Of a stretch of DNA of 64,000 bases, positions 39,793 to 49,803 are shown piece by piece (positions within the stretch are counted from its first letter, which is position 1; each line of letters begins with the position of its first letter). The notes beneath the pieces were generated by a model. That model was not told the DNA's origin, searched no databases, and saw nothing but the letters and a program-made list of their open reading frames with translations. Position numbers and translations under genes: made by a program. The DNA is from Dehalococcoidia bacterium (GTDB taxonomy: Bacteria; Chloroflexota; Dehalococcoidia; Plut-88900): assembly GCA_965197585.1 (NCBI GenBank), contig OZ240215.1, positions 1,696,001-1,760,000 on the forward strand, in the 5' to 3' direction.

Positions 39793-41001
39793 CTACAGCA
39801 CCACCCTCTCTTCCTTCATCTCCAAAATCTCCTCCCACGTATACCCCGCCTCCAGCAGCACCTCTTCAGTGGACGCCCCGAACTCTGGGCTCGACGCCCT
39901 GGGTGTAAGTGGCGCCCCGTCTATCTGAAACGGTATGGCCGTTTCCCTCAGATGCCCGAGAACAGGGTGCTCTACCCCTATCACGTACTCATTCGCATTC
40001 ACCTGCTCCCCCGAAATTACCTCCTCGGGCTCCGTTACCAGCCCCCATGCAATGTGTTCGGCATCCAGTCGCTCTCCCCAGTCATCCAGCGTCCTTTTCC
40101 TGAACTCTACGTCGAATATCGCCACCATCGCCGCGCTGTTCTCCCTGCGCGGCTCGATTACCGAGAACCGGGCGTCCTCAGTCAAGTCTTCTCTTCCAAT
40201 GGCCCGGCAGATGTTGGGCCAGAATCGGTCTCCCTGCAGAACGGTCATGTAAATCCAGCGATTGTCCGAAGTGTTGTATATATTGACCAGCGGGTTCGGC
40301 GGGCTTTTTCTCGAATATTTCGGAGGCGTCTTACCCGTTCTCAATGGCGCCCAAAGGTTCTCCGCCGCAACCCACGTGCCGGTGGCCAGCAGGGACCCGT
40401 CCACCAATCCCCCTTCTCCCGTCCTTTCCTTCCTGAATAACGCGGCCATCATCCCCGCAAATAGAAACGTTCCTGTCGACACGTCTCCGAGTGACCCCCT
40501 CATCCTCACGGGGACCGCATCTGGGTCTCCTATCGATGCCATTATTCCCGAGCGTGCCCAGAATCCTATGGAATCAAACCCCATCCTGTCCTTCTCCGGC
40601 CCTCTGGGCCCGAATCCCGTGCCCCGCACGTACACGATGCTGGGATTAACTTCCTTGATGGATTCATAGTTCACTTTGAGTTTGTCCAGCGTTGACAGCC
40701 GAAGATTGGTGATGAAAACGTCGGCCTGCTTACACAGCGTGTATAGAACTTCACGCCCCTTCTCTTGAGACAGGTCCAGAGCAATGCCCCGCTTGCCGCG
40801 GTTCATAGTCTCGAACACGTAGTTGGGTTCTTCCTTGACGGTCGCATCGGTCGGCGTCCAGCCCCGAGCCGGGTCGCCTCCCGACTCCAAATGCTCAACC
40901 TTTATCACATCCGCGCCGCAATCGGCCATGATCACGCCGCACGCGGGACCCGCCAACCAGATCGCCAACTCCACGACCTTTACGCCCTCTAAAGGCAACA
41001 T
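39793..41001 (-). CDS. CaiB/BaiF CoA-transferase
   Basis: LEGVKVVEL, GADVIKVE, NRGKRGIALDL. Confidence 0.9.
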   Translation of the reverse strand: MLPLEGVKVVELAIWLAGPACGVIMADCGADVIKVEHLESGGDPARGWTPTDATVKEEPNYVFETMNRGKRGIALDLSQEKGREVLYTLCKQADVFITNLRLSTLDKLKVNYESIKEVNPSIVYVRGTGFGPRGPEKDRMGFDSIGFWARSGIMASIGDPDAVPVRMRGSLGDVSTGTFLFAGMMAALFRKERTGEGGLVDGSLLATGTWVAAENLWAPLRTGKTPPKYSRKSPPNPLVNIYNTSDNRWIYMTVLQGDRFWPNICRAIGREDLTEDARFSVIEPRRENSAAMVAIFDVEFRKRTLDDWGERLDAEHIAWGLVTEPEEVISGEQVNANEYVIGVEHPVLGHLRETAIPFQIDGAPLTPRASSPEFGASTEEVLLEAGYTWEEILEMKEERVVL

Positions 41002-41339
41002 AGGCCCAACTCCCTAAATCTCCGTCTAGCCTTCCGTCCCGAAAGCCCCACCCCTCCCCACCTTAGCCGCAGATTATACCAGCAGCCCCCACTACTCCCT
41101 CCCTGCCCAAAACGAAGTCCTTTGCTCCCCGCCCAGACTCCAACACTGTCACTCCGAGGCTTTTTTACTGTCATTCCGAGGCCCCGCGAGGAATCTAACG
41201 CGCTTGCAGAGTCCGAGCCTAAATCTCTGCACTACTCCATAGTTACGGCGATAATTACCAACCACAAACCATCCGCCAACTTGACAAAGACCACTTGCAC
41301 CCGTGACCATTGCCCCCACCCACACCGCCTGACAAACCC

Positions 41340-41744
41340 ATGAACGTAGAATACGCCTTCCTCTGCGACTATGCAGAATCATCCAACAAGCTCACTGCCG
41401 TAGGCATCGGCATCGACACCATCTACGCCAAAACCGTCCCCGTTGTCCACCAGCAGCTCTTCGCCGTCCTCGGCCTCAAGTTCACAATCAACGAGACCCG
41501 ACGCACTAAAGTCTTCGAGATGCGCGTACAGGACGCCGACGCCAGTGACGTCATCCCTCCCGTCACCGCCAACCGGGATATCCCCTCCCCTTCCAAAGGA
41601 CTGACGTACCGCACTTACCGCACCGTCAACGGTCTATACGGACTTCGCTTCCAAAAGTTCGGCGACTACCAGATCAGCTGGATCATAGACGGCATCGAGG
41701 TCTGCACCCGCCACTTCCGCGTCGCCGAGATGCCCCAACCCTAA
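41340..41744 (+). CDS. Hypothetical protein (DUF6941-like)
   Basis: MNVEYAFLCDYA...KLTAVGIG...FQKFGDYQI pattern. Confidence 0.65.
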   Translation: MNVEYAFLCDYAESSNKLTAVGIGIDTIYAKTVPVVHQQLFAVLGLKFTINETRRTKVFEMRVQDADASDVIPPVTANRDIPSPSKGLTYRTYRTVNGLYGLRFQKFGDYQISWIIDGIEVCTRHFRVAEMPQP

Positions 41745-41919
41745 CCCGCCCCCTCCCTTCCGCCATAACATGTGTGGGTCGTATCCCGGCCCACCCCGTT
41801 TGCGACCTGTCATCCCGAGGCCCCGCGAGGGATCTAGGACTTGCCCCACCACGCTGTCTTCCCAGCCCCTTCTCCCTCCCCCGTAGGGGCTATTCGTGAA
41901 TCGCCCTCCCGCCCACCAG

Positions 41920-42714
41920 TCACGCGGACGGCGAAGGCCTAAGCGCCCTGATCCTATCCACCATCCGAGGAAGAATTTCCCCCGAAGGCCCCCGTAATAC
42001 GACATCACACCGCGCTGATATCACCGTCTCGTAAGGATTGATCTCTATCAGCACTCCCCCAGCAGCCTTGATCATGCTGGGGAACCCGGCAGCCGGATAG
42101 ACCTCCGCAGTAGTACCCACCAATATCATGCAGTCCGACTTCCTCGACTCCTGTTCACATTCGACCATCACGTCAAACGGTATCGGCTCCCCGAACATGA
42201 CAGTGTCGGATTTGATGATTCCTCCACAGTCGACGCACAGGGGCGGGTAGTCGGTAATTTCATAGTCGGCCGCCGACCACCGGGAGTTGCACCCGACACA
42301 CCGCAGCTTGGTCGAATTCCCGTGGATTTCAGCTACGTTCTTGCTCCCTGCAACTTGGTGCAGATTGTCGACGTTCTGGGTGATGATGCACCGCAGATAC
42401 CCCATCTCCTCCATTTCGGCCATGGCCAGGTGTCCCGCATTGGGACGTGCCTGCTTGAATGTGCTGCGAAACTCCGCCATAGGCCCCTCATCGCTGTTCC
42501 GCTCCAGCCAATATCCCTCTGGGTCCCGCAACATCTTTCGGTAGCCGTCCATTTCCGGCTCGCCATACTTCGTCCAGATGCCCCCCGGCCCCCTGAACGG
42601 CGGGATTCCGCTCTCCACCGACATCCCCGCCCCGACCAACGCCGTCGCATACTCGCAACCGACGATCAACTCTGCAGCCCTGTCAATCTCCCTCTGTAAA
42701 TCGACTTCGTTCAC
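41920..42714 (-). CDS. cobB: NAD-dependent deacylase (sirtuin/CobB family)
   Basis: GAGMSVESGIPPFRG, ITQNVDNLH, EIHGN, two CxxC, VGTTAEVYPAA. Confidence 0.9.
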   Translation of the reverse strand: MNEVDLQREIDRAAELIVGCEYATALVGAGMSVESGIPPFRGPGGIWTKYGEPEMDGYRKMLRDPEGYWLERNSDEGPMAEFRSTFKQARPNAGHLAMAEMEEMGYLRCIITQNVDNLHQVAGSKNVAEIHGNSTKLRCVGCNSRWSAADYEITDYPPLCVDCGGIIKSDTVMFGEPIPFDVMVECEQESRKSDCMILVGTTAEVYPAAGFPSMIKAAGGVLIEINPYETVISARCDVVLRGPSGEILPRMVDRIRALRPSPSA

Positions 42715-42762
42715 GGTTGCCCCTCCTTCTTCTGATCAGCGCGCGCGTTGCATCTACTGGCT

Positions 42763-43932
42763 CTATGACAGAGTGCCTTCCTGCACCCTTAACAGTCTGG
42801 CTTGCGACTTAACGCTTTCGTCTATTCTGTCGAGGTCGGTAGTAGTCAGAATGGTTTGCTGACTTGCCAGCGCGGTCTTTAGCACCCGCCGACGCCTAGT
42901 CTCGTCCAATTCCGACAGGATATCATCCAGCAAAAGGATGGGGTCTTCACCGGTCTTGTCAACAAGCAGATTGACCTCAGCAAGCTTCAAAGTGGCAACG
43001 ACAGTCCGCTGCTGCCCCCGAGACCCGTACAACCCCGTGTCCCGCCCCTTGATTTCAAACTGCACGTCGTCTCGGTGAGGGCCCACCATGGTCGCCCCTT
43101 GGCCTATCTCCCTATCAACATTTGCCGAAAGTCTGGCCTGCATCACGGCCCTGACCTCCTCGGCATCTTCAAGTCGATTGTCTGAAAGCTCCTTGGGATT
43201 CGGGAGATAGTTGAGCGAAAAAGTCTCACCGCCGTCGGTCAACTCGTCATAGATAACCGACCCCAAAGCGGCCATCTCATCAATGATGCGGCTGCGAGAC
43301 AGGTGTATGAAGGCAGCCTCTTCCGTCAAAGGCTGGTCCCATTCCCTTAGGTGGCTGATTTGACTTCTCCCTTCCCTTATCGACCGGAGAAGATGGTTCC
43401 TTTGCGTAAGTATGCGTGCATAGCGCTGAAGCGCCTTAAGGTATTGCCTGTCCATCTGGGAAATCGTAACGTCCAGGTAGCGCCGCCGCACCGACGGCGG
43501 GCCGGTCACAAGGTCCACATCCTGGGGGTCGAAAAGTACAGCGTTTAGAGTCCCAACCACATCCGACGCCCGACGCGGCACCCCGTTCACCCGGGTCTGC
43601 TTGCGAAGATTAAAATTGGACTCCCCATCCACGCCCGCCTCCCCCCTCTCAGCCACCAGCCCGATCTCCAATTTAGTCGGTTCGCCTCCACTGCTCAGTT
43701 GCCCTGTGACTCGCGCCGACGGCAGCGGATCATCCAGCGCCTCCCAGTTGATCAGCTCCCGCTCATTTGAAGCCCTCGAAGACTTGGTGGTGGCCAGCAT
43801 ATACACCGCTTCGAGAATGTTCGACTTTCCTTGGGCGTTATCGCCCCACAGGATGAATGTCCCCGGACCAAGGGGCAGATTCAGGGAAACGTAGTTTCTA
43901 AAGCCCGTGAGGGCCAAGCTTTCCAGGTACAA
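42763..43932 (-). CDS. recF: DNA replication/repair protein RecF
   Basis: FRNY, GDNAQGKSNILEA, GPHRDD, GSRGQQR, LLLDDILSELD. Confidence 0.95.
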   Translation of the reverse strand: MYLESLALTGFRNYVSLNLPLGPGTFILWGDNAQGKSNILEAVYMLATTKSSRASNERELINWEALDDPLPSARVTGQLSSGGEPTKLEIGLVAERGEAGVDGESNFNLRKQTRVNGVPRRASDVVGTLNAVLFDPQDVDLVTGPPSVRRRYLDVTISQMDRQYLKALQRYARILTQRNHLLRSIREGRSQISHLREWDQPLTEEAAFIHLSRSRIIDEMAALGSVIYDELTDGGETFSLNYLPNPKELSDNRLEDAEEVRAVMQARLSANVDREIGQGATMVGPHRDDVQFEIKGRDTGLYGSRGQQRTVVATLKLAEVNLLVDKTGEDPILLLDDILSELDETRRRRVLKTALASQQTILTTTDLDRIDESVKSQARLLRVQEGTLS

Positions 43933-43938
43933 AGGCTT

Positions 43939-44889
43939 TCAACCGGCGCGGGTATACGGATCGCTACACTGTATTGTCTGGGAGGCAAGCCCGCAAGATA
44001 TAGGGCAGCTATCCGACAGGTGGAAGACTCCTTTCTTGAGAGGGGGCTTTAGTCCGAGGGCGAGGTGTGGGCGGTGGTAGTGATACCGATCCAGGAACTG
44101 CTCTACTAATCTCCGGCACTGGGGAAGGTCCTGGGCGCTGTAGCGGGTCCAGCCCAGACATTCTTTCCGCACTGTCCGGTTGAAGCTCTCGATGTAGGCC
44201 TGCTCGTTCTTCTTGTAGGGCCGAGCCACCCGGTGTCGTTGGCAGTAGGCCAACACCCGCTCTGCAAAGGCCTCTTTGAACTCACTGCCCCCGTCCGTTT
44301 GGATCAACTCCACCCTGCCATCGAAGCGCCGTGTCATCGCTTGTTCCAGGAAGGCACAGCCGTAAGCGGCGGTCAGGGAGGGGGCTAACAGGATGTCTGC
44401 CTCCCTGGTGTATATGTCGATGCCGGTGAAGGCAAACAGGCCTCCAAACATCACCGTGTCCATCTGTACCACCTGGCGAGGGCTGCTGGCCGTGGGCACC
44501 GGCCCTCTACGCCGATTCTTCTTCCACTTGGAACGGATAATGTACTTCTCCTTCAGGATCTCATATATCTTAGGCACTGACAGGCGTACCTCGTGTTCCC
44601 ACTCCAGGAAGTAGGCGATCTTCTGTCCACAGCACCCCGCCTCCCGCTCCCTAATGGCCCAAATCCATCGCTTCACCATCGGGTCGACCCGCCTCCCTAA
44701 CCTGGGCCCCTTCTTGGCTTGCTCGTATCGACCAAGGAAGGGCAGCAGCCCCTGTTCTTGGATGCCCCGAACCCACAGATGGATCGTCTCCCGGTGTTTA
44801 CCCAGCTGCCGCGCTATCTGCGCTTTTGTCATCCCTTGCTCGTACAACTCCCAGGCCAACGTTATCAGTGTGAGATTTGACATGTCCAT
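43939..44889 (-). CDS. Integrase-core (IS481/IS3-like) transposase
   Basis: N-terminal HTH; QMDT, IQTDGGSEF, EQAYIESFNRT, YHYHRPHLAL. Confidence 0.9.
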   Translation of the reverse strand: MDMSNLTLITLAWELYEQGMTKAQIARQLGKHRETIHLWVRGIQEQGLLPFLGRYEQAKKGPRLGRRVDPMVKRWIWAIREREAGCCGQKIAYFLEWEHEVRLSVPKIYEILKEKYIIRSKWKKNRRRGPVPTASSPRQVVQMDTVMFGGLFAFTGIDIYTREADILLAPSLTAAYGCAFLEQAMTRRFDGRVELIQTDGGSEFKEAFAERVLAYCQRHRVARPYKKNEQAYIESFNRTVRKECLGWTRYSAQDLPQCRRLVEQFLDRYHYHRPHLALGLKPPLKKGVFHLSDSCPISCGLASQTIQCSDPYTRAG

Positions 44890-44924
44890 GAGCTTACATG
44901 GACTGTCGGATTTCTACGGAAACA
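43998..44924 (-). mobile_element. Insertion sequence with one degenerate end
   Basis: Upstream end TGTTTCCGTAGAAATCCGACAG (minus strand, from 44924); inverted core ATCCGACAG at 44011-44019; boundaries approximate. Confidence 0.6.
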
Positions 44925-44934
44925 TCGCGGGGGA

Positions 44935-44963
44935 TTGACCGGCGTAACCTTCGCATGTAATAT
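44935..44963 (+). promoter_or_regulatory. Putative promoter of the FAH gene
   Basis: TTGACC-N17-TAATAT. Confidence 0.45.
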
Positions 44964-45043
44964 TCGTCTGCCCTTGCAGGCGCCCGAGCATTCCCAACAC
45001 CAGTCTCCGGGCGTCAATCAACAAACCCTCTGGAGTTGTAGCA

Positions 45044-45799
45044 ATGAAATTTGCGAGATATGAAGTGGGAGGCCGTACCACCTACGGCGTAGTTGGGAAT
45101 GGAACTGTCACCGACATTGATGGAGACATCTATGGCGATGTGAAAAAGACTTCTGTTCAGCACAATCTCCAGGATGTGAAGCTCCTTGTACCGTGCGAGC
45201 CCACCAAGGTCTTGGCCGTCGGCAATAACTATGCCAGCCACCTCGGCGGGGACAAGAGGCCAGAGGTCCCCGGCATCTTCTTTAAGACTCTCACCTCCCT
45301 CCTGGACCCCGAGGGCACAATTATCCTCCCCCGTGACGCGGGTCTCGTGGAGCACGAAGGCGAGTTGGTGATTGTGATAAACCGCAGGGCTAAGTCCGTC
45401 TCCAAGGAAAATGCGCTGGACTACATTCTCGGATATACCGCAGGTAACGACGTAAGCTGCAGGCCCTGGCAGCGCGACGACCTCCAGTGGTGGCGGGCCA
45501 AGGGCTCCGACACCTTCGGCCCTCTGGGGCCGTTCATCAACACTGAAGTAGACCCCTTCAACACCAACTTTGCCGTCCGCATTAACGGTGAGACAGCCCA
45601 GGAAGGCAACACCTCCGACCTCATATTCGACATCCCGACAATTGTTAGTTTCATCACTGTCTCGATGACCCTTGAGCCCGGCGACGTGATCTACACCGGC
45701 ACCCCCGGTATCGCTGGCTCTACGAAAGATGGGGATACGGTGGAAGTAGAGGTGGAGGGTGTCGGGGTGCTCCGCAACTTCGTGGCCGACGAGGGCTAA
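45044..45799 (+). CDS. Fumarylacetoacetate hydrolase family protein
   Basis: KVLAVGNNY, EHEGEL, GYTAGNDVS, KGSDTFGPLGP, GDVIYTGTP. Confidence 0.92.
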   Translation: MKFARYEVGGRTTYGVVGNGTVTDIDGDIYGDVKKTSVQHNLQDVKLLVPCEPTKVLAVGNNYASHLGGDKRPEVPGIFFKTLTSLLDPEGTIILPRDAGLVEHEGELVIVINRRAKSVSKENALDYILGYTAGNDVSCRPWQRDDLQWWRAKGSDTFGPLGPFINTEVDPFNTNFAVRINGETAQEGNTSDLIFDIPTIVSFITVSMTLEPGDVIYTGTPGIAGSTKDGDTVEVEVEGVGVLRNFVADEG

Positions 45800-45828
45800 A
45801 AGAGAGCCCCGGGGCAAGAGGCTCGGCC

Positions 45829-46986
45829 ATGATCATCGACTGCTATCCTAGCTCCTTCGCCCAATGGGATTCCGCTGCAGGTTACAAGTCCCGCGCCGAG
45901 AAGATGGAGGTCATCCATCGGGAGTTGGCTACCCATCACCAGCCCGCATGGCGCGCCCGAGACCGCGCTGGCGTCGACAACAGCTCGCTCATCAACCCCG
46001 ACACCGGCGAACTCACCAACGCCGAGTGGACCCGCCATATGGGTCAGCTTGCTTGGGCATACGAGGGCGAGACCTACGTTAAGCAGTACTTCCCGCCGAT
46101 GCTCCACAACATGGAGTGCCCTCCCGAGCTCATGATCGCCGAGATGGACTACGCAGGCATCGACGCCGGTATCCTCCATACCCACCCACACAAGGGCAGG
46201 TACACCTTCCAGAACGAGTTTCAGCGTAACGTCGTCAACCGCTACCCTGACCGACTGATGCGCCTGGTGATGGTAGAGGCCCACTCCATTCCCTCTGACC
46301 CCGAGAAGGCAGCTGAGGAAGTAGCGTGGGAGGTTTCAAACTCTAAGAGTCGCTCCGGGTTGCAGTTCATGCCTCGCTACTACTACAGCCCGCCCCTGAC
46401 AGGCCAGCAGGGCCATCGAGACCCGTGGGACGATGGAGCCATGCGGCCCTTCTGGGACGGGGTGGCCAGGCTGGGAGTCCCCGTTTTCTTCACCATGATC
46501 GGCAAGGGCCTCTCAGGCCCGAGCCCCTACGGCCAGGCCCTACTCGAAGAGTATATGGACGAACTTCGAGTGCTAACCCGATGGATGGAGCGCTACCCGG
46601 AGGTCAAGGTCGTCATAACCCACGGCCTCCCGTGGCGAGCTTTCCAGGACGGCGACCGCATCGTCTTCCCAGACGAGATTTGGTCGGTCTTCGAAAACCC
46701 TCTGTGCAACATGGAGCTTATGTTAACTATCCAGATGGGAGCCATCTGGGAGTACCCGTGGAAAGAAGCCGAGCCAACCATAGAGGAATGCGTCAAGAGA
46801 ATCGGCGCTCACAGGCTCATGTGGGGCTCAGACTGGCCTATGGTCGGCCGTTACTGCACCTACAAACAGTCCCTGAACCAGTACCGCAAACACTGCGACT
46901 TCCTCTCAGACTCTGAGAGAGCCGACATCCTAGGCGGCACCGCCGCCCGCGTCATGGGCATCGAATACCCTTACCCCGGGCGGTGA
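45829..46986 (+). CDS. Amidohydrolase_2 family protein
   Basis: VVITHG, LMWGSDWP, ILGGTAARV. Confidence 0.8.
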   Translation: MIIDCYPSSFAQWDSAAGYKSRAEKMEVIHRELATHHQPAWRARDRAGVDNSSLINPDTGELTNAEWTRHMGQLAWAYEGETYVKQYFPPMLHNMECPPELMIAEMDYAGIDAGILHTHPHKGRYTFQNEFQRNVVNRYPDRLMRLVMVEAHSIPSDPEKAAEEVAWEVSNSKSRSGLQFMPRYYYSPPLTGQQGHRDPWDDGAMRPFWDGVARLGVPVFFTMIGKGLSGPSPYGQALLEEYMDELRVLTRWMERYPEVKVVITHGLPWRAFQDGDRIVFPDEIWSVFENPLCNMELMLTIQMGAIWEYPWKEAEPTIEECVKRIGAHRLMWGSDWPMVGRYCTYKQSLNQYRKHCDFLSDSERADILGGTAARVMGIEYPYPGR

Positions 46987-47101
46987 GGGGTGCTCCAGTC
47001 CCCTCTCCCTCAATGGGTCGAAGATGCGCCGAGGCGTAAGAGAGCTAGGGTGAGGGTGATTCCTGTTCCGGGTGGAGTGGTCCAGTCCCCTTTCCCTCAA
47101 T

Positions 47102-47234
47102 AAGACCTTTGCGTGGCCGATGTTGGCGGGGTCGGGGCCGCTCGTGCTGAGGCTCTCGAAGTATGAGCGGGGAGGTGGAGCTCACATCATCTGGACAGTA
47201 CAACAGACGCAATCTGTAGTTGCACACAGGCCTC
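47102..47234. mobile_element. MITE-like element (copy 3, degenerate)
   Basis: AAGACCTTTGCGTGG...TTGCACACAGGCCTC; same internal organisation as copies 1 and 2. Confidence 0.55.
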
Positions 47235-47354
47235 TCGATGGGCCGTAGATGCGCCTCTGGCGTGATAGGGCTAGGGTCGAAGACTCGCCGAGGAGAGTGA
47301 GGGTGAATTGAGTCTATAAGAAATAGACATCTAAAGTGTCGACTCGCTGAAAGC

Positions 47355-48158
47355 TCAGGGGAGCGACAGTACCTCACCCATCCACTCCGCCAAATCCCCT
47401 TCTTCCAAAACCCTAATCCCCAACCCCCGAGCCCTCTCCACCTGCTTCTCCGTCGTGTACCCATACGCGGCGAGATAGCAATTCACCCCCAGCCCCTGCG
47501 CCGACTCCAAATGCGCCACCTGGTCGTCCACAAAGTGGATATCGGCATACGAAACGTTGGCTGCCTCAGTAACCAGCCACATATGCACGTTCTTGTCCGG
47601 TGACGCCCCGACCATGTCCTTCCCAAGAACATGCCCGTCCGGCAGAGTGAAGCCGTTGTGCTCCAGGATTCCCTTGGAAACGGTACTGGGCTTGGAGGTC
47701 GTAACGAAGACATTCCCCAAATCGCCCTGACGCTCACTAAGAGCTTGGATCATGCCCGGATACAGGGGGTTGCGGTCCATCCACCCGGCCTCATCCCGCC
47801 CCCGAAAGCCCGCCCGATACCGCTGAAACGCAGCTTCCAGTTCTGGCCCCGACTCCACGCCAAAGAGACCAAGCAGGTCCGAAAACCGAGCCTCCAACGC
47901 ATCATCGAAGTCCTTCTGGTCGGACATGGGCACCCCTAGATCGAGCAAGTACAGGATCATTAGGTAATCTCGACCGTCCCTGATTAAGGGCCTCATCCGG
48001 TAGAATCCGTCCTTGAAGTAGTCGGTAACAGGAGATGCTAGCGGATCGAATTCTTCACCCTTGGCTTCAAGGAAAGCGCCATAGGCGGACACAACGCACT
48101 CGGCGGCGCTGTCACATATCACACCGTCAAAATCTAAAGCAATGACGTTGGAGTTCAT
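47355..48158 (-). CDS. HAD-superfamily hydrolase
   Basis: ALDFDGVICDS motif I; TTSK; FVDD. Confidence 0.88.
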   Translation of the reverse strand: MNSNVIALDFDGVICDSAAECVVSAYGAFLEAKGEEFDPLASPVTDYFKDGFYRMRPLIRDGRDYLMILYLLDLGVPMSDQKDFDDALEARFSDLLGLFGVESGPELEAAFQRYRAGFRGRDEAGWMDRNPLYPGMIQALSERQGDLGNVFVTTSKPSTVSKGILEHNGFTLPDGHVLGKDMVGASPDKNVHMWLVTEAANVSYADIHFVDDQVAHLESAQGLGVNCYLAAYGYTTEKQVERARGLGIRVLEEGDLAEWMGEVLSLP

Positions 48159-48221
48159 TATTTACACCTGCATGGGAAAGCCTTCTTGCCCTTGAAATGA
48201 ATTGGGGCTAGAAGGCTTCGG

Positions 48222-48250
48222 TTGACTGAGATGGCATCGACTATTATCAT
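48222..48250 (+). promoter_or_regulatory. Putative tatA promoter
   Basis: TTGACT-N17-TATCAT. Confidence 0.55.
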
Positions 48251-48286
48251 TGAGTCTACACTACTCACCTTGAGGGGGACAAAAAC

Positions 48287-48529
48287 ATGCCCTTAGGCGG
48301 CTTCATTGGGGGCCCGGGTATAGGCCTACCCGAGATACTGGTAGTCCTGGTAATAATCGTCATCATCTTCGGCGTGGGTAAACTCCCCGAGATCGGCGGA
48401 GCGTTGGGCAAAGGCATTCGGGAGTTCAAGAAGTCCTCCACCGAGGTAGACAAGGTGATCCAGGACGTCAAGGAACCCCTTAAGGCCGAGGTTCCTAAGG
48501 CTGAGCGGAAGCCCCACATCCCCGAGTAG
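48287..48529 (+). CDS. tatA: Twin-arginine translocase TatA
   Basis: GLPEILVVLVIIVIIFGVGKLPEIGGALGKGIREFKK. Confidence 0.93.
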   Translation: MPLGGFIGGPGIGLPEILVVLVIIVIIFGVGKLPEIGGALGKGIREFKKSSTEVDKVIQDVKEPLKAEVPKAERKPHIPE

Positions 48530-48562
48530 TCTCCCTCCCGTACTCGTCCGTACCAGGCATCC

Positions 48563-49654
48563 TCAGATTGCCTGAGCGCGCGCCCGGATCGCCTCCACGT
48601 CCACCCCCACCTCCGAGGCTATCTCCAGCACCTGCTCCCAGTGCTCCTCCCGCACCGGCACCCCCTCCCGAGACCTGCGCTCATATTCCTCTTGGGCGCG
48701 CTCGCCGGGCAATACGATCTTCTCGAACCCCGATGCCAGGTTGGAGCCTTTCACATTCCTGATCATCTCGTCGACTTTTGCCTTGAAGTCATCAAGCGGT
48801 TGCAGGTTTCCAACGTTCAAGGCCATTAAGAAGAAGCCGCCGGTCCAAGGTTCATCGGGAGTGGGAAGGGATGGAATGGGCTTGGCTGTCGTCCCTCCGG
48901 ACGCAATGCCTGCTAGCACGTCAACGAAGATAAGCCACCCCATCCCTTTTGGCCCGAGCGGCAAAATTGCACCCAGTTGCTCCGAGCCCCGCTTTGATGG
49001 ATCGACAATTAGAGGCACGGGATCGCCCGTGCGTACTCCGTCAGGCCCGACAAGCGGATCGTCCGGTATCGACTCCTTGTCCCTCGCAGAAAGCACCACG
49101 TGACCGTGCGAAACCGAGCTCATCGCCCCGTCGAAGATGATGGGCCTCTCTGTACCTGCCGGTATTACAAAGGCTAAAGGGTTGGTATTGAACACTGGGT
49201 CCCGACCTCCCCACCCCGCCACCAAAGGCACCCCGTTGCTCATCGCCAACCCTATGAAATCGTGATCCAGTGCCCTCATCGCATACGCCGAAGCCATCGT
49301 GAAGTCGTTGGTGTTGCGCACCCACACGATTCCGACTGTAGACTCCCGAGCCTTTTGAATAGCCAGGTCCATACCCCTGGTAGCTACTATCTGACCCGGA
49401 CCGCCATTCCCATCTAACAGCGCATAAGATGGCCCCTCGCTGACCGTCTCCGTTGGTGTTCCAAATCGCACGGCCCCACTGCGAATCCAAGGGTAAACAA
49501 GATCGATACACGCAATGCCTTGGGTGTCCTTCCCGTGCAGGTCGCCCTGAACAAAGGGCTCAGCAAAGAGATCGGCTTCCTCCTCAGACGCCCCCAAGGC
49601 ACGCGCCAAGCCCCGATACACCTCACGAAGAAATCCCGCTCTCTCGATTCTCAA
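48563..49654 (-). CDS. Ldh_2 family oxidoreductase (malate/L-lactate/sulfolactate dehydrogenase-like)
   Basis: LDGNGGPGQ, FNTNPLAF, LPLGPKG, LPGE; TTG start after GGAG. Confidence 0.85.
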   Translation of the reverse strand: MRIERAGFLREVYRGLARALGASEEEADLFAEPFVQGDLHGKDTQGIACIDLVYPWIRSGAVRFGTPTETVSEGPSYALLDGNGGPGQIVATRGMDLAIQKARESTVGIVWVRNTNDFTMASAYAMRALDHDFIGLAMSNGVPLVAGWGGRDPVFNTNPLAFVIPAGTERPIIFDGAMSSVSHGHVVLSARDKESIPDDPLVGPDGVRTGDPVPLIVDPSKRGSEQLGAILPLGPKGMGWLIFVDVLAGIASGGTTAKPIPSLPTPDEPWTGGFFLMALNVGNLQPLDDFKAKVDEMIRNVKGSNLASGFEKIVLPGERAQEEYERRSREGVPVREEHWEQVLEIASEVGVDVEAIRARAQAI

Positions 49655-49712
49655 GCTATCTCCGGATTCCTGTCTAACCTCGGCCCAAGAGCACAAGAAA
49701 TGGTAGGCTTAT

Positions 49713-49751
49713 CCCCTCTCCCTCGATGGGAGAGGGCTAGGGTGAGGGTGA
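49713..49751 (+). repeat. Repeat family E (CCCCTCTCCC-N-GGGAGAGGG..AGGGTGAGGG), uninterrupted copy
   Basis: Interrupted copies at ~17532, 29134, 47000 and 47086. Confidence 0.7.
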
Positions 49752-49803
49752 TCCTAGTTTTGCCTGAACAGTTGCGTAAAGGGCACTACATCGCGGCCCC
49801 ACC

